Shown in pieces: positions 16,721 through 25,256 of a stretch of 27,405 bases of DNA (its first letter is position 1; each line of letters starts with the position of its first letter). The position numbers were made by a program, and so were the translations under genes. The notes beneath the pieces are model-generated. The model was not told the origin of the DNA. It made no database searches and saw only the letters and a program-made list of their open reading frames with translations. The stretch is from a bacterium (GTDB lineage Bacteria > Sysuimicrobiota > Sysuimicrobiia > Sysuimicrobiales > Kaftiobacteriaceae), in assembly GCA_044868695.1 (NCBI GenBank), contig JBIOWP010000018.1, forward strand, positions 1-27,405, given 5' to 3'.

Positions 16721-17763
16721 ACGCGGACCACCGCCCTGCACCGCCTGGTGCAGGGCGCCGCCCTGTACCGTCTGGTACAGGGCGCCGCCTGCGCGCCATT
16801 TTCCTCGGCACACCAGACTTCGCCGTTCCCTCGCTGCGCGCGCTGCTGGATCACGTCGACCTCCTCGCGGTCGTCACTCAACCCGACCGGCCGCAGGGCC
16901 GGGGCCGGCGGGTGGCACCCCCGCCGGTGGCGCAGCTGGCACACAAACTTGGCCTGCGGGTGCTGCAACCGGCGCGGTTGAAAGGTCCCGCCGTGGTGGA
17001 GTCCCTGCGTGCCCTCGGGCCCGACATCATCGTCACGGTCGCCTATGGGAAGATCATTCCGCCGGAGATCCTGGGCCTGCCGCCGATGGGCTGTGTCAAC
17101 GTTCACCCGTCCCTCCTCCCCAGGTACCGGGGCGCGTCCCCCATCCAGGCCGCCATCGCCGATGGCTTGGCCGAGACCGGGGTGACCATCATGTATCAGA
17201 GCGAGACGCTCGATGCCGGGGACATCATCCTGCAGCGCCGGGTGCCGATCGACCCGGCCGACACCGCGCGGACCCTGGAGGCCACACTGGCCGCGGCCGG
17301 GGCGCAGGCGCTGGTCGACGCGCTGCGGCTCGTGGCCGAGGGCAAGGCGCCGAGAATGCCGCAGGATCCGTCGCAGGCGACGTACGTCGGAAAGTTGAAG
17401 AAGGAGGACGGCCGGATCGATTGGACGCGTCCGGCTGCGGCGCTGGTGAATGTCGTGCGTGCAATGGATCCCTGGCCGTCGGCGTACACACAGCATCGCG
17501 GGAAGCTGCTGAAAATCTGGAAGTGCGCGGCTGTCCCGGAGGCCTCCCTCGCCCAGCCGGGCACCGTCGTCCGCATCGGCGAAGGCGAAGGCTTCGTGGT
17601 GGCCGCCGGGGAGGGCGGGCTGCTGGTGCGCGAAGTCCAGCCGGAGGGCGGGAGACGGATGACGGCAGACGACTATGCCCGCGGCAGCCGCCTGCTTGTG
17701 GGGGAACGGCTTGGTGAACTGACTGACGGGAACGCGGGAGCGCGGGAGGGCAGGAGCGCGTAA
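16717..17763 (+). CDS. fmt: Methionyl-tRNA formyltransferase with palindrome-encoded N-terminal extension
   Basis: IFLGTPDFA, VTQPDRPQGRG, NVHPSLLPRYRGASP and LDAGDI. ATG overlaps the def stop (ATGA). Confidence 0.95.
   Translation: MNADHRPAPPGAGRRPVPSGTGRRLRAIFLGTPDFAVPSLRALLDHVDLLAVVTQPDRPQGRGRRVAPPPVAQLAHKLGLRVLQPARLKGPAVVESLRALGPDIIVTVAYGKIIPPEILGLPPMGCVNVHPSLLPRYRGASPIQAAIADGLAETGVTIMYQSETLDAGDIILQRRVPIDPADTARTLEATLAAAGAQALVDALRLVAEGKAPRMPQDPSQATYVGKLKKEDGRIDWTRPAAALVNVVRAMDPWPSAYTQHRGKLLKIWKCAAVPEASLAQPGTVVRIGEGEGFVVAAGEGGLLVREVQPEGGRRMTADDYARGSRLLVGERLGELTDGNAGAREGRSA
16732..16784. repeat. Two tandem 26-nt palindromes (27-nt period)
   Basis: CGCCCTGCACC-GCCT-GGTGCAGGGCG and CGCCCTGTACC-GTCT-GGTACAGGGCG; both have perfect 11-bp stems. 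Confidence 0.9.
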
Positions 17764-17819
17764 CCGCGCCCGGACGCTCGGGTTCCCGCGTTCCCCTGTT
17801 CCCGCGTTCCCGTTATAAT
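17716..17819. repeat. Octamer-period inverted-arm cassette, copy C, ending in TATAAT
   Basis: GAACTGACTGACGGGAACGCGGGAGCGCGGGA ... GTTCCCGCGTTCCCCTGTTCCCGCGTTCCCGTTATAAT. Confidence 0.88.
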
Positions 17820-17839
17820 AGGTGGCGGAGGTGTCCTCC

Positions 17840-18529
17840 ATGCCGTTTCTGTACTACGATCCGACGTTTGTTATTCTGATTCCGGCCGTCATTCTGGCCT
17901 TCTTCGCGCAGTGGAAGGTGCAGTCGACCTTCCGGCGCTACGCCGGCATCCGCGCTGGGACGGGGTACACTGGCGCCCAGGTGGCCGCAGAGCTGCTGCG
18001 CCGCCAGGGCATCACCGACGTCAAGATTGAGCCGATCTCCGGCGTTCTGGCGGACCACTACGACCCGCGGGCGAAGGTCCTCCGGCTTTCTCCGGACGTG
18101 TACCAAAGCAACTCGCTGTCGGCCGTGGGCGTCGCCGCGCACGAGGCGGGCCACGCGCTACAGCATCGCGACGGGTACCGGCCGCTGGCCCTGCGTTCCG
18201 CCATCGTCCCCGCCGCGAGCTTCGGCACGACCGCCGCGATGATTCTGTTCGTGCTCGGGCTGGTGACCGGCGCGACGCGTCTGATGGACCTCGGCATCCT
18301 GTTCTTCTTCGGCTATGTCTTGTTCGCGTTGATCACACTCCCGGTCGAGTTCAATGCGAGCAACCGCGCGGTGGCGCTCCTGCAGGGGCAGGGGCTGGTG
18401 CTGCCGCAGGAAGCGCAGGGAGTCCGGGCCGTGCTCAACGCCGCCGCGCTGACCTACGTGGCAGCCGCGACCATGGCCGTGTTGCAGCTCGTCCGCCTGC
18501 TCGTCCTCCGCAACGCCCGGGACGACTAA
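17840..18529 (+). CDS. Membrane zinc metallopeptidase (YugP/Zn_peptidase_2 family)
   Basis: DHYDPR, AAHEAGHALQ, TLPVEFNAS and AAALTYVA; GGAGG RBS. Confidence 0.93.
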   Translation: MPFLYYDPTFVILIPAVILAFFAQWKVQSTFRRYAGIRAGTGYTGAQVAAELLRRQGITDVKIEPISGVLADHYDPRAKVLRLSPDVYQSNSLSAVGVAAHEAGHALQHRDGYRPLALRSAIVPAASFGTTAAMILFVLGLVTGATRLMDLGILFFFGYVLFALITLPVEFNASNRAVALLQGQGLVLPQEAQGVRAVLNAAALTYVAAATMAVLQLVRLLVLRNARDD

Positions 18530-18613
18530 CCGAGGGCGTCATCGTGTGCGGCGCGGCGGCCTTCCGCCTCCCAGGCGGGCGAGGTCGCCGCGCTGCCCTT
18601 TCCCTGACACGCC

Positions 18614-19855
18614 ATGGGAACGACACCGGCGCTCGAACTCAACGGGTTGACGCTCGACGAGCTTGAGGCGTTTGCCGCGCGGCTGGGGGAGCCGGCGTAC
18701 CGGGGACGGCAGATCGCGCACTGGATGTACCAGCGCGGCGCGGCGTCGTTCGCCGAGATGACGGATCTCCCCGTCGCGCTGCGGGCACGCCTGGCCGGCG
18801 CCGCGGGCATCACAGCCCTCCTTCCCCTGACCTCCGTCACCGCGGACGGCGGCGATACCGCCAAGCACCTGCTGCAGCTCCACGACGGGGCAACGGTCGA
18901 GACCGTCGTGATGCGGTATCATGACGGCCGCCGCAGCATCTGCGTCTCCACGCAGGTGGGCTGCGCCATGGGATGCACATTTTGCGCCACCGGGCTGGCC
19001 GGTCTCACGCGAAACCTGACGGCGGCTGAAATCGTCGCGCAGGTCACGCTGGGACAGCGCGTGAGCGGCGACCGCATGACCAATGTGGTCTTCATGGGGA
19101 TGGGCGAACCTCTGGCGAATTACGACGCCACCTTGCGCGCGGTGCGTCTGCTCAACGCGCCGTATGGGCTGGGGATCGGCATGCGGCATCTCACCGTCTC
19201 GACCGTCGGCCTGGTCCCGCAGATCAGGAAGCTGGCCTATGAACGCCTTCATCTGACCCTGGCGATTTCGCTGCACGCGCCGACCGATGAGCTGCGCGAC
19301 CGGCTGGTACCGGTGAACCGCCGGTGGCCGGTGGCGGAGCTGCTGGACGCGGGAGCCGATTACGTGCGGCAGACCGGACGGCGGGTGTCCTTCGAGTACG
19401 TCCTCATGGAGGGAGTCAACGACAGTCCGGCGATGGCCGCCACCCTCGGTGAGCTGCTGCGCGCCCGGTCCGAAGGCGTGGCCGCCGCTGCCGACAACCA
19501 CACGGAGGACGGCATTCCTGTCGGCATCTCCGACCACGGAACCGAGGGGCCGTCCCCCCGCGCGGCGCTCCCGTTCCACGTCAACCTCATTCCCTGGAAT
19601 CCCGTGTTCGGCATGCAGTACCGCCGGCCGGGCCGCCAGCGGGTGGACGCCTTTGCCCGCGAGCTCCGCCGACGCGGCCTGGGGACGACCGTGCGCCTCG
19701 AGCGCGGCGTGGAGATTGACGCCGCCTGCGGCCAGCTGCAGCGGACCCATGGCGTGGGGGTAGCCGCGGCCCCGGCAGGGAACGAGGGAACTAGGGAACG
19801 AGAGAACCAGGAAACCAGGAAAAGGCGAGGTAAGGGCCATCGCGAAGCAGATTAG
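18614..19855 (+). CDS. rlmN: Dual-specificity RNA methyltransferase RlmN
   Basis: CVSTQVGCAMGCTFC, FMGMGEP, ISLHAP, FEYVLM, HVNLIP and IDAACGQL. Confidence 0.95.
   Translation: MGTTPALELNGLTLDELEAFAARLGEPAYRGRQIAHWMYQRGAASFAEMTDLPVALRARLAGAAGITALLPLTSVTADGGDTAKHLLQLHDGATVETVVMRYHDGRRSICVSTQVGCAMGCTFCATGLAGLTRNLTAAEIVAQVTLGQRVSGDRMTNVVFMGMGEPLANYDATLRAVRLLNAPYGLGIGMRHLTVSTVGLVPQIRKLAYERLHLTLAISLHAPTDELRDRLVPVNRRWPVAELLDAGADYVRQTGRRVSFEYVLMEGVNDSPAMAATLGELLRARSEGVAAAADNHTEDGIPVGISDHGTEGPSPRAALPFHVNLIPWNPVFGMQYRRPGRQRVDAFARELRRRGLGTTVRLERGVEIDAACGQLQRTHGVGVAAAPAGNEGTRERENQETRKRRGKGHREAD
19777..19824 (+). repeat. Octamer tandem repeat (AGGGAACN-like, 6 units), single arm, copy D
   Basis: AGGGAACG AGGGAACT AGGGAACG AGAGAACC AGGAAACC AGGAAAAG, inside the rlmN 3' end. 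Confidence 0.8.
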
Positions 19856-19873
19856 GCAAGGGGACGCCGACAC

Positions 19874-21778
19874 GTGATTGCCAGCGGGCACGTGATCGCA
19901 GAGCGCTACGAGATCCTCGACCGGATCAGTGAGGGCGGGATGGCCACGGTGTATACGGCCCGCCGGATCGGCGACGGCGGCATCGTGGCGCTCAAAGTGC
20001 TGCGCGAGCAGTACGCGACCGATGCCGAATTCGTCGAGCGGTTCCAGCGTGAAGCTAAAGCCGTCAGCGAGCTCGTCCACCCCCACATGGTCCGGGTCTA
20101 CGACAGCGGACGGGACGCCAGTGTGCACTACATCGCGATGGAGTACGTCGAAGGCAGCAATCTGAAGGAGTACATCCGCCGCGAAGGCCGCCTGGCCCCG
20201 GACCGGGCTCTGCAGATCGCCGCGCAGGTGTGCGATGCGCTGGAGTTTGCGCACGCCCACGGCATCGTCCACCGGGACATCAAGCCCCAGAACATCCTCA
20301 TGACCGGCGATGGACAGGTGAAGGTCACCGACTTCGGCATCGCGCGGGCCCTCAGCTCGGTGACGATCACCCAGACCGGCACCGTCCTGGGATCGGTGCA
20401 GTACCTGTCGCCCGAGCAGGCGCGGGGCGTGGCGGCGGGCCGTTCCGCCGACGTGTACGCCCTGGGAGTCGTGCTCTACGAGATGGTCACGGGCCAGCTG
20501 CCGTTTGACGGCGACACGCCCATCGCGATCGCCCTGGCCCACGTGAACAAGACGCCGCCGGCGCCCGGCAGCCTGGTGCCGGGGCTGCCGGAGCGCGTCG
20601 AAGGCATCATCCTGCGCGCGCTCATGAAGTCGCCAACCGACCGGTATCGCTCGGCCGGTGAGATGCGCGCCGACGTGCTGGGTCAGGCCGACCTGTGGCG
20701 GGTGCCGCCGCCGCGACGCGTGCTGGAAGAAACGCCACCCACGATGGTCTTGCCGGGCGAGGCGGTGGAGGTGGAGGACCCGCAGAGCCGCATGCGGTCC
20801 CTGGCGCTGACGGTGGGAGGTGTGCTCGCGGTCGTCGTGGTCGGGCTGTGGGGCGGTTGGCGCGCGTTCAGCGGCTACCTCGCGGTACCGGAGGTCACGG
20901 TGCCCAATTTCGTCGGCCAGCCGCTGGAGGCCGCTGAGCGCATGGCCGGGTCCGCGGGGCTCGCCCTGCAGGTGACCGAGCAGGCCTACAGCCCCGACGC
21001 CCCGCCCAACTCCGTCCTCTCGCAGGATCAGGCAGCGGGGAAAGTGGTCAAACGGGGCCGGGTGATCAACGTCATCGTCAGCCTGGGCGCAGAGACCGTG
21101 ATCGTCCCCGATATTGAGCGCCGCTCGCTGCTGGAGGCGCGGCTGCTGATCGACCAGGCCCGCCTGCGCATCGGCGATCTGCGTGAAGCGTTCGACGAAC
21201 AGGTGAAAGGCGGCTTTGTGATCGAGCAAGATCCCCAGCCCGGGGCACGTGTGGAACGGGGCCGGCCCATCAACCTCGTTGTCAGCAAAGGTCCCCAGCG
21301 GCTGGAGATGCCGTCCCTGGTTGGCCGCCCGCTGCCGGATGCGCGCCGGCTGCTGCAGGAAATCGGCGTAACGTTGTCCGAGGTGCGGACCACGACCGCG
21401 ACCGACATGGAGCCCGGCCTGGTGGTCGAGCAGTCGCCGCGGGCGGGCATCCGCATCCGCGCAACCGACGCGGTGACGGTGACCGTCAGCGTGCGGCCCG
21501 GCGAAGAGTCCACCCCGCCCTCCACGCCGGTCGTCACCGCGCAGGTCCAGCCCTCGCCGGGACCTGACGAGAAGTTGACGACGGTGCAGATGGTGGTGCC
21601 GGCCGGCGACCCGAACCAGGAGATCAAGATTGTGGTCATCGATGAGGCCGGCGTCCGGACGGTGCTGCGCAAGGTGCTGCCCCCCGGCACGCGGCTGAAC
21701 GAATCGCTGCGGACCCGCGGCTACACGATCATCCAGGTGTACATCCAGGGCCGGCTCATCCAGGAGATCCGGCCGTGA
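19874..21778 (+). CDS. pknB: PASTA-domain Ser/Thr protein kinase (PknB/PrkC/Stk1)
   Basis: GGMATVY, VALK, HRDIKPQN, DFGIA, YLSPEQ, one TM helix and three PASTA repeats. Confidence 0.95.
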   Translation: MIASGHVIAERYEILDRISEGGMATVYTARRIGDGGIVALKVLREQYATDAEFVERFQREAKAVSELVHPHMVRVYDSGRDASVHYIAMEYVEGSNLKEYIRREGRLAPDRALQIAAQVCDALEFAHAHGIVHRDIKPQNILMTGDGQVKVTDFGIARALSSVTITQTGTVLGSVQYLSPEQARGVAAGRSADVYALGVVLYEMVTGQLPFDGDTPIAIALAHVNKTPPAPGSLVPGLPERVEGIILRALMKSPTDRYRSAGEMRADVLGQADLWRVPPPRRVLEETPPTMVLPGEAVEVEDPQSRMRSLALTVGGVLAVVVVGLWGGWRAFSGYLAVPEVTVPNFVGQPLEAAERMAGSAGLALQVTEQAYSPDAPPNSVLSQDQAAGKVVKRGRVINVIVSLGAETVIVPDIERRSLLEARLLIDQARLRIGDLREAFDEQVKGGFVIEQDPQPGARVERGRPINLVVSKGPQRLEMPSLVGRPLPDARRLLQEIGVTLSEVRTTTATDMEPGLVVEQSPRAGIRIRATDAVTVTVSVRPGEESTPPSTPVVTAQVQPSPGPDEKLTTVQMVVPAGDPNQEIKIVVIDEAGVRTVLRKVLPPGTRLNESLRTRGYTIIQVYIQGRLIQEIRP

Positions 21779-22458
21779 CGGCGCCCGTGCGGATCGCGGC
21801 CAGCATCCTCGCCGCGGATTTCTCCCGCCTGGGGGAGCAGTTGGCAGAGGTGCAGCGCGGCGGGGCCGACGCGGTGCACGTCGACGTGATGGACGGCCGG
21901 TTCGTGCCGGAGATCTCCATCGGCCCGGTGATCATCGAGGCCGTCCGGCGCAATACGCCGCTGCCGGTCGAGGTCCACCTGATGGTGGTGGAGCCGGAGC
22001 GGCACATCGAGCGCTGCGTCCGCGCCGGCGCGTCATCGGTGACGGTGCACGTCGAAGCCGCGACGCACCTGCACCGTGCCGTCCAGCAGATCAAGGATCT
22101 GGGCGCGAAGGCGGCGGTGGCGCTCAACCCGGCGACGCCGCTGGTGAGCGTCGAGCCCATGCTCGGCGACCTGGACACGGTGCTGCTGATGACCGTGAAC
22201 CCGGGATACGCGGGCCAGCGATTCATCGCCTCCGTGCTGTCCAAAGTGCGGGAGCTCCGGCAGTGGATCGACGCGAGAGGTCTTCGGACCGACATCGAAG
22301 TCGACGGCGGCGTCAACGCGTCCACCGCGGCGCAGGCCGTTGCGGCCGGCGCGGCCGCTCTGGTTGCGGCGTCGGCGATCTTCCAGAGCGAAGGCGGAAT
22401 CGAGGCTTCGGTGCGGCGGCTCCGGCAGGCGGCGCAACTGCCGGTCCAAAAACAGTAG
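21775..22458 (+). CDS. rpe: Ribulose-phosphate 3-epimerase
   Basis: ASILAADF, HVDVMDGRFVP, MTVNPGYAGQ and EVDGG. Confidence 0.96.
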   Translation: MTAPVRIAASILAADFSRLGEQLAEVQRGGADAVHVDVMDGRFVPEISIGPVIIEAVRRNTPLPVEVHLMVVEPERHIERCVRAGASSVTVHVEAATHLHRAVQQIKDLGAKAAVALNPATPLVSVEPMLGDLDTVLLMTVNPGYAGQRFIASVLSKVRELRQWIDARGLRTDIEVDGGVNASTAAQAVAAGAAALVAASAIFQSEGGIEASVRRLRQAAQLPVQKQ

Positions 22459-22477
22459 GCCGTAATCAGCTGGCAGC

Positions 22478-23518
22478 ATGCCCACGCTCTTCGTCACACA
22501 CCCCGATTACCTCAAACATGAGACAGGGCCAGGCCACCCTGAGCGTCCCGCGCGCCTGCGGGCGATCGCGACCGCCATCGAGCGCTCCGGTATGGGCGAG
22601 GCGTTGGACCGGGTGTCTGCCGAGCCCGCCGATGAAGATCGCATCGCCCTGGTCCACACGCGGGAGTACATCGGCCGCGTGCGGGACATTGCGCGCCACG
22701 GCGGCGGGGCGCTGGATCCTGACACCGTCGTGTCCCCGCCGTCCTATGATGTGGCTCTGTTGTCCGCCGGCGGGGCCGTGGCGGCGGTCCGAGCCGTCGT
22801 TGAAGGACGCGCGCGCACCGCGTTCGCGGCCGTCCGGCCCCCAGGCCACCACGCCCTCCCCGACCGCGGCATGGGTTTCTGCCTGTTCAACAACGCCGCC
22901 ATCGCAGCGGCGGACGCGCGGGGACACCAGGGTCGCGCCCGGATCGCGATCGTGGACTGGGATGTCCACCACGGCAACGGGACGCAGGAGATCTTCTATC
23001 GCGACGGGGGTGTCCTGTACATCTCCACGCACCAGGAACACTGGTATCCGGGCACCGGCACGATTGAAGAGACGGGCGCTGCAGACGGCGCAGGGTTCAC
23101 CGTCAACATTCCCCTGCCTGCGGGGACGGGCGATGAGGGCTACCGCCTCGTATTCGAAGAAGTGGTCGTCCCCCTCCTGGTGGCAAGCGCCCCGCATCTT
23201 GTGATCATCTCGGCGGGATTCGACGGGCACTTCGGCGACCCCCTGGGCGGGATGTTGCTCACCGCCGGGGGGTTCCGGACGCTCGCCACCCTGGTGCTGC
23301 GCACACGGCCGGACGGCGCGGGGGTCGCGGGGGTGCTGGAGGGAGGGTACGACCTTGTCCACCTGAGCCACTCCGTTCTGGCCACGATCCAGGCCCTCAC
23401 CGGGCAGACGGAGTCCATCGACGAAGGGCCGCCCCCCGGCCCGGAAACCCCCTATCAGGCCGTCCGGGCGCGCATCAAGCAGGTCCGCAGCGTCGCCCGC
23501 AACCACTGGAACATCTGA
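22478..23518 (+). CDS. Histone deacetylase-family (AcuC-like) Zn-dependent deacetylase
   Basis: HPERPARL, RPPGHHA, GFCLFNN, DWDVHHGNGTQ, SAGFD and LEGGY. Confidence 0.95.
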   Translation: MPTLFVTHPDYLKHETGPGHPERPARLRAIATAIERSGMGEALDRVSAEPADEDRIALVHTREYIGRVRDIARHGGGALDPDTVVSPPSYDVALLSAGGAVAAVRAVVEGRARTAFAAVRPPGHHALPDRGMGFCLFNNAAIAAADARGHQGRARIAIVDWDVHHGNGTQEIFYRDGGVLYISTHQEHWYPGTGTIEETGAADGAGFTVNIPLPAGTGDEGYRLVFEEVVVPLLVASAPHLVIISAGFDGHFGDPLGGMLLTAGGFRTLATLVLRTRPDGAGVAGVLEGGYDLVHLSHSVLATIQALTGQTESIDEGPPPGPETPYQAVRARIKQVRSVARNHWNI

Positions 23519-23745
23519 CCCGGCCGGTAGCCCAAAACAAAACGAGCGCGGCTGAATTTTCCGTGGAGATGTGTGACGTGAGCACCTAAGGGTGGAACCG
23601 TTTTGTGACGATTAGCCGTTAGGATAGAGGAACCCCCGGGGACAGCGCGAATAGCGTTAGCCGCTCCCCCGGATATGATGTCGATGGCGCAGGGTCGCAC
23701 GATGCATCGTCCACTATTGCAGGGCGGGGCGTGGGGAGGATCGCG

Positions 23746-25008
23746 ATGACGAGCCAGCTGACCGGAGACGAGACGGAGCCGTTGCTGCAATCACCCGAAG
23801 GACCCGCGGGTTTGGAGAGCCGGATGCCGCCGCTGGCCGAGCGCCAGATCATTCAGGGAACGGTTGTTCGGGTCGATGCCGAAGGCGTCCTGGTGGACGT
23901 GGGCGCGAAATCCGAAGGGATCATTCCCCCGAATGAACTCTCTCCCCAGGGCGCAGCCGCCGAGGTCACGGTCGGCGAGCGCATCGATGTCATGGTCGTG
24001 CGCGTCGAGGGCGAAGAGGGAACCATTCTGCTCTCCAAACGGCGCGCGGACTTTGAAATGGCCTGGCGGCGCGTCCAGGACGTTCACCAGACCGGCAAGA
24101 TCCTACACGCGATGGTGGTCGACAAGGTGAAGGGCGGTCTGGTGGTCGACCTGGGGATGCGGGGGTTTGTTCCCGGGTCACACGTGGATCTCTCCCAGGC
24201 GAAGGGCCGCCGGTTCGAGTGGTTCGTCGGGCAGTCGATTCCGCTGAAGGTGCTGGAAGTCGACCGGCCCAAAGGCCGGGTGATCCTGTCTCACCGGCTG
24301 GCTGTCGAGGAAGAGCGGACGAAGCGCAGGACGGATCTGCTGGCGACACTGCAGGAGGGCATGGTCGTGGAAGGGGCGGTGAAGCGCCTCACCGACTTCG
24401 GCGCGTTCATCGATCTGGGAGGCACCGACGGCCTCCTGCCGATCAGCGAGATGTCGTGGACGTATATCAAGCATCCGTCCGAAGTGATCCGGCGCAACCA
24501 GCACTTGAAGCTGACGGTGCTGCGTGTCGACCGCGAGGCCGGCCGCATCTCGCTGGGCCTCAAGCAAATTCTCGAGGACCCCTGGCACACGGTGAGCGGG
24601 CACGTTCGCGTCGGCGACATCGTCAAGGGCAAGGTCGTGCGTCTGGTGTCGTCGGGCGCGTTCGTGCGCCTGGGCGATCTGGACGCGTTCCTGCCCATCG
24701 CCGAGGCGGCGGAGAAGCGTGTCGGGAGGATCGAGGAAGTCTTCAAGGTCGGCGATACGGCCGAGGCGATGGTGACCGAGATCCGGCCCGAGGAGCGACG
24801 GATGCTCCTGTCGGTGCGGAAGATGGAGCGGGACCGCGAACGCAAGCGGGTAAAGGAAGTGCTGCGGCAGCAAGAAGAAGAGTCGCGGGTCACCATCGGC
24901 GACATTGCCGGCGCGCTGCTGCAGCAGGCCGTGGCGTCCGCTGTCCGCAAGCCCGATGGCGAGTCCTCAGAACGGAACGGCGAGGAAGATGTGCCGTCGG
25001 GATCTTAG
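23746..25008 (+). CDS. rpsA: 30S ribosomal protein S1 (four S1 domains)
   Basis: VDVGAKSEG, KVKGGLVVD-G-RGFVPGS, DFGAFIDLGG and RISLGLKQ; GGAGG RBS. Confidence 0.93.
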   Translation: MTSQLTGDETEPLLQSPEGPAGLESRMPPLAERQIIQGTVVRVDAEGVLVDVGAKSEGIIPPNELSPQGAAAEVTVGERIDVMVVRVEGEEGTILLSKRRADFEMAWRRVQDVHQTGKILHAMVVDKVKGGLVVDLGMRGFVPGSHVDLSQAKGRRFEWFVGQSIPLKVLEVDRPKGRVILSHRLAVEEERTKRRTDLLATLQEGMVVEGAVKRLTDFGAFIDLGGTDGLLPISEMSWTYIKHPSEVIRRNQHLKLTVLRVDREAGRISLGLKQILEDPWHTVSGHVRVGDIVKGKVVRLVSSGAFVRLGDLDAFLPIAEAAEKRVGRIEEVFKVGDTAEAMVTEIRPEERRMLLSVRKMERDRERKRVKEVLRQQEEESRVTIGDIAGALLQQAVASAVRKPDGESSERNGEEDVPSGS

Positions 25009-25015
25009 ATAGCCA

Positions 25016-25079
25016 CGGTCTTTCTGTCATTGCGAGCCCGGTCTTTCTGTCATTGCGAGCCCGTAGGGCGAAGCAATCT
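25016..25079. repeat. 23-nt direct duplication plus a GTCATTGCGAG...GAAGCAATCT palindromic element
   Basis: CGGTCTTTCTGTCATTGCGAGCC twice (25016-25038, 25039-25061); the second copy runs into the hairpin ATTGC-GAGCCC-GTA-GGGC-GAA-GCAAT. Confidence 0.8.
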
Positions 25080-25117
25080 CCTATCCAAACCTGCTTGCGG
25101 TCTACCGTCCACCGATA

Positions 25118-25155
25118 GTTCCCGTGTTCCCCAGTTCCCGCGTTCCCGTTATAAT
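25118..25155 (+). repeat. Octamer repeat arm, copy E, ending in TATAAT just upstream of tRNA-Pro
   Basis: GTTCCCGT GTTCCCCA GTTCCCGC GTTCCCGT TATAAT. Confidence 0.85.
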
Positions 25156-25167
25156 GGGATAGCGCGT

Positions 25168-25244
25168 CGGGGAGTAGCGCAGCTGGTTAGCGCGCAGCGT
25201 TCGGGACGCTGAGGTCGCCGGTTCAAATCCGGCCTCCCCGACCA
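25168..25244 (+). tRNA. tRNA-Pro(CGG)
   Basis: Acceptor stem CGGGGAG/CTCCCCG, anticodon arm CAGCG-TTCGGGA-CGCTG, T-loop GGTTCAAATCC and encoded CCA; 77 nt. Confidence 0.97.
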
Positions 25245-25256
25245 GTGTTCTTTCGA

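Noticed and set aside
18539..21229. Long antisense ORFs (896 aa here; also 3435-4961 and 15074-16813)
   Set aside because: They are shadows of well-supported genes on the opposite strand in high-GC DNA and have no recognisable motifs.
23588..23600. AAGGGTGGAACCG, a T-box consensus-like string upstream of rpsA
   Set aside because: There is no downstream CGTCCC-type strand to form an antiterminator, no terminator and no Stem I, so it is probably chance.
23636..23672. Hairpin in the rpsA leader as an autoregulatory element
   Set aside because: Only a short GC stem, which cannot be distinguished from chance without comparative data.
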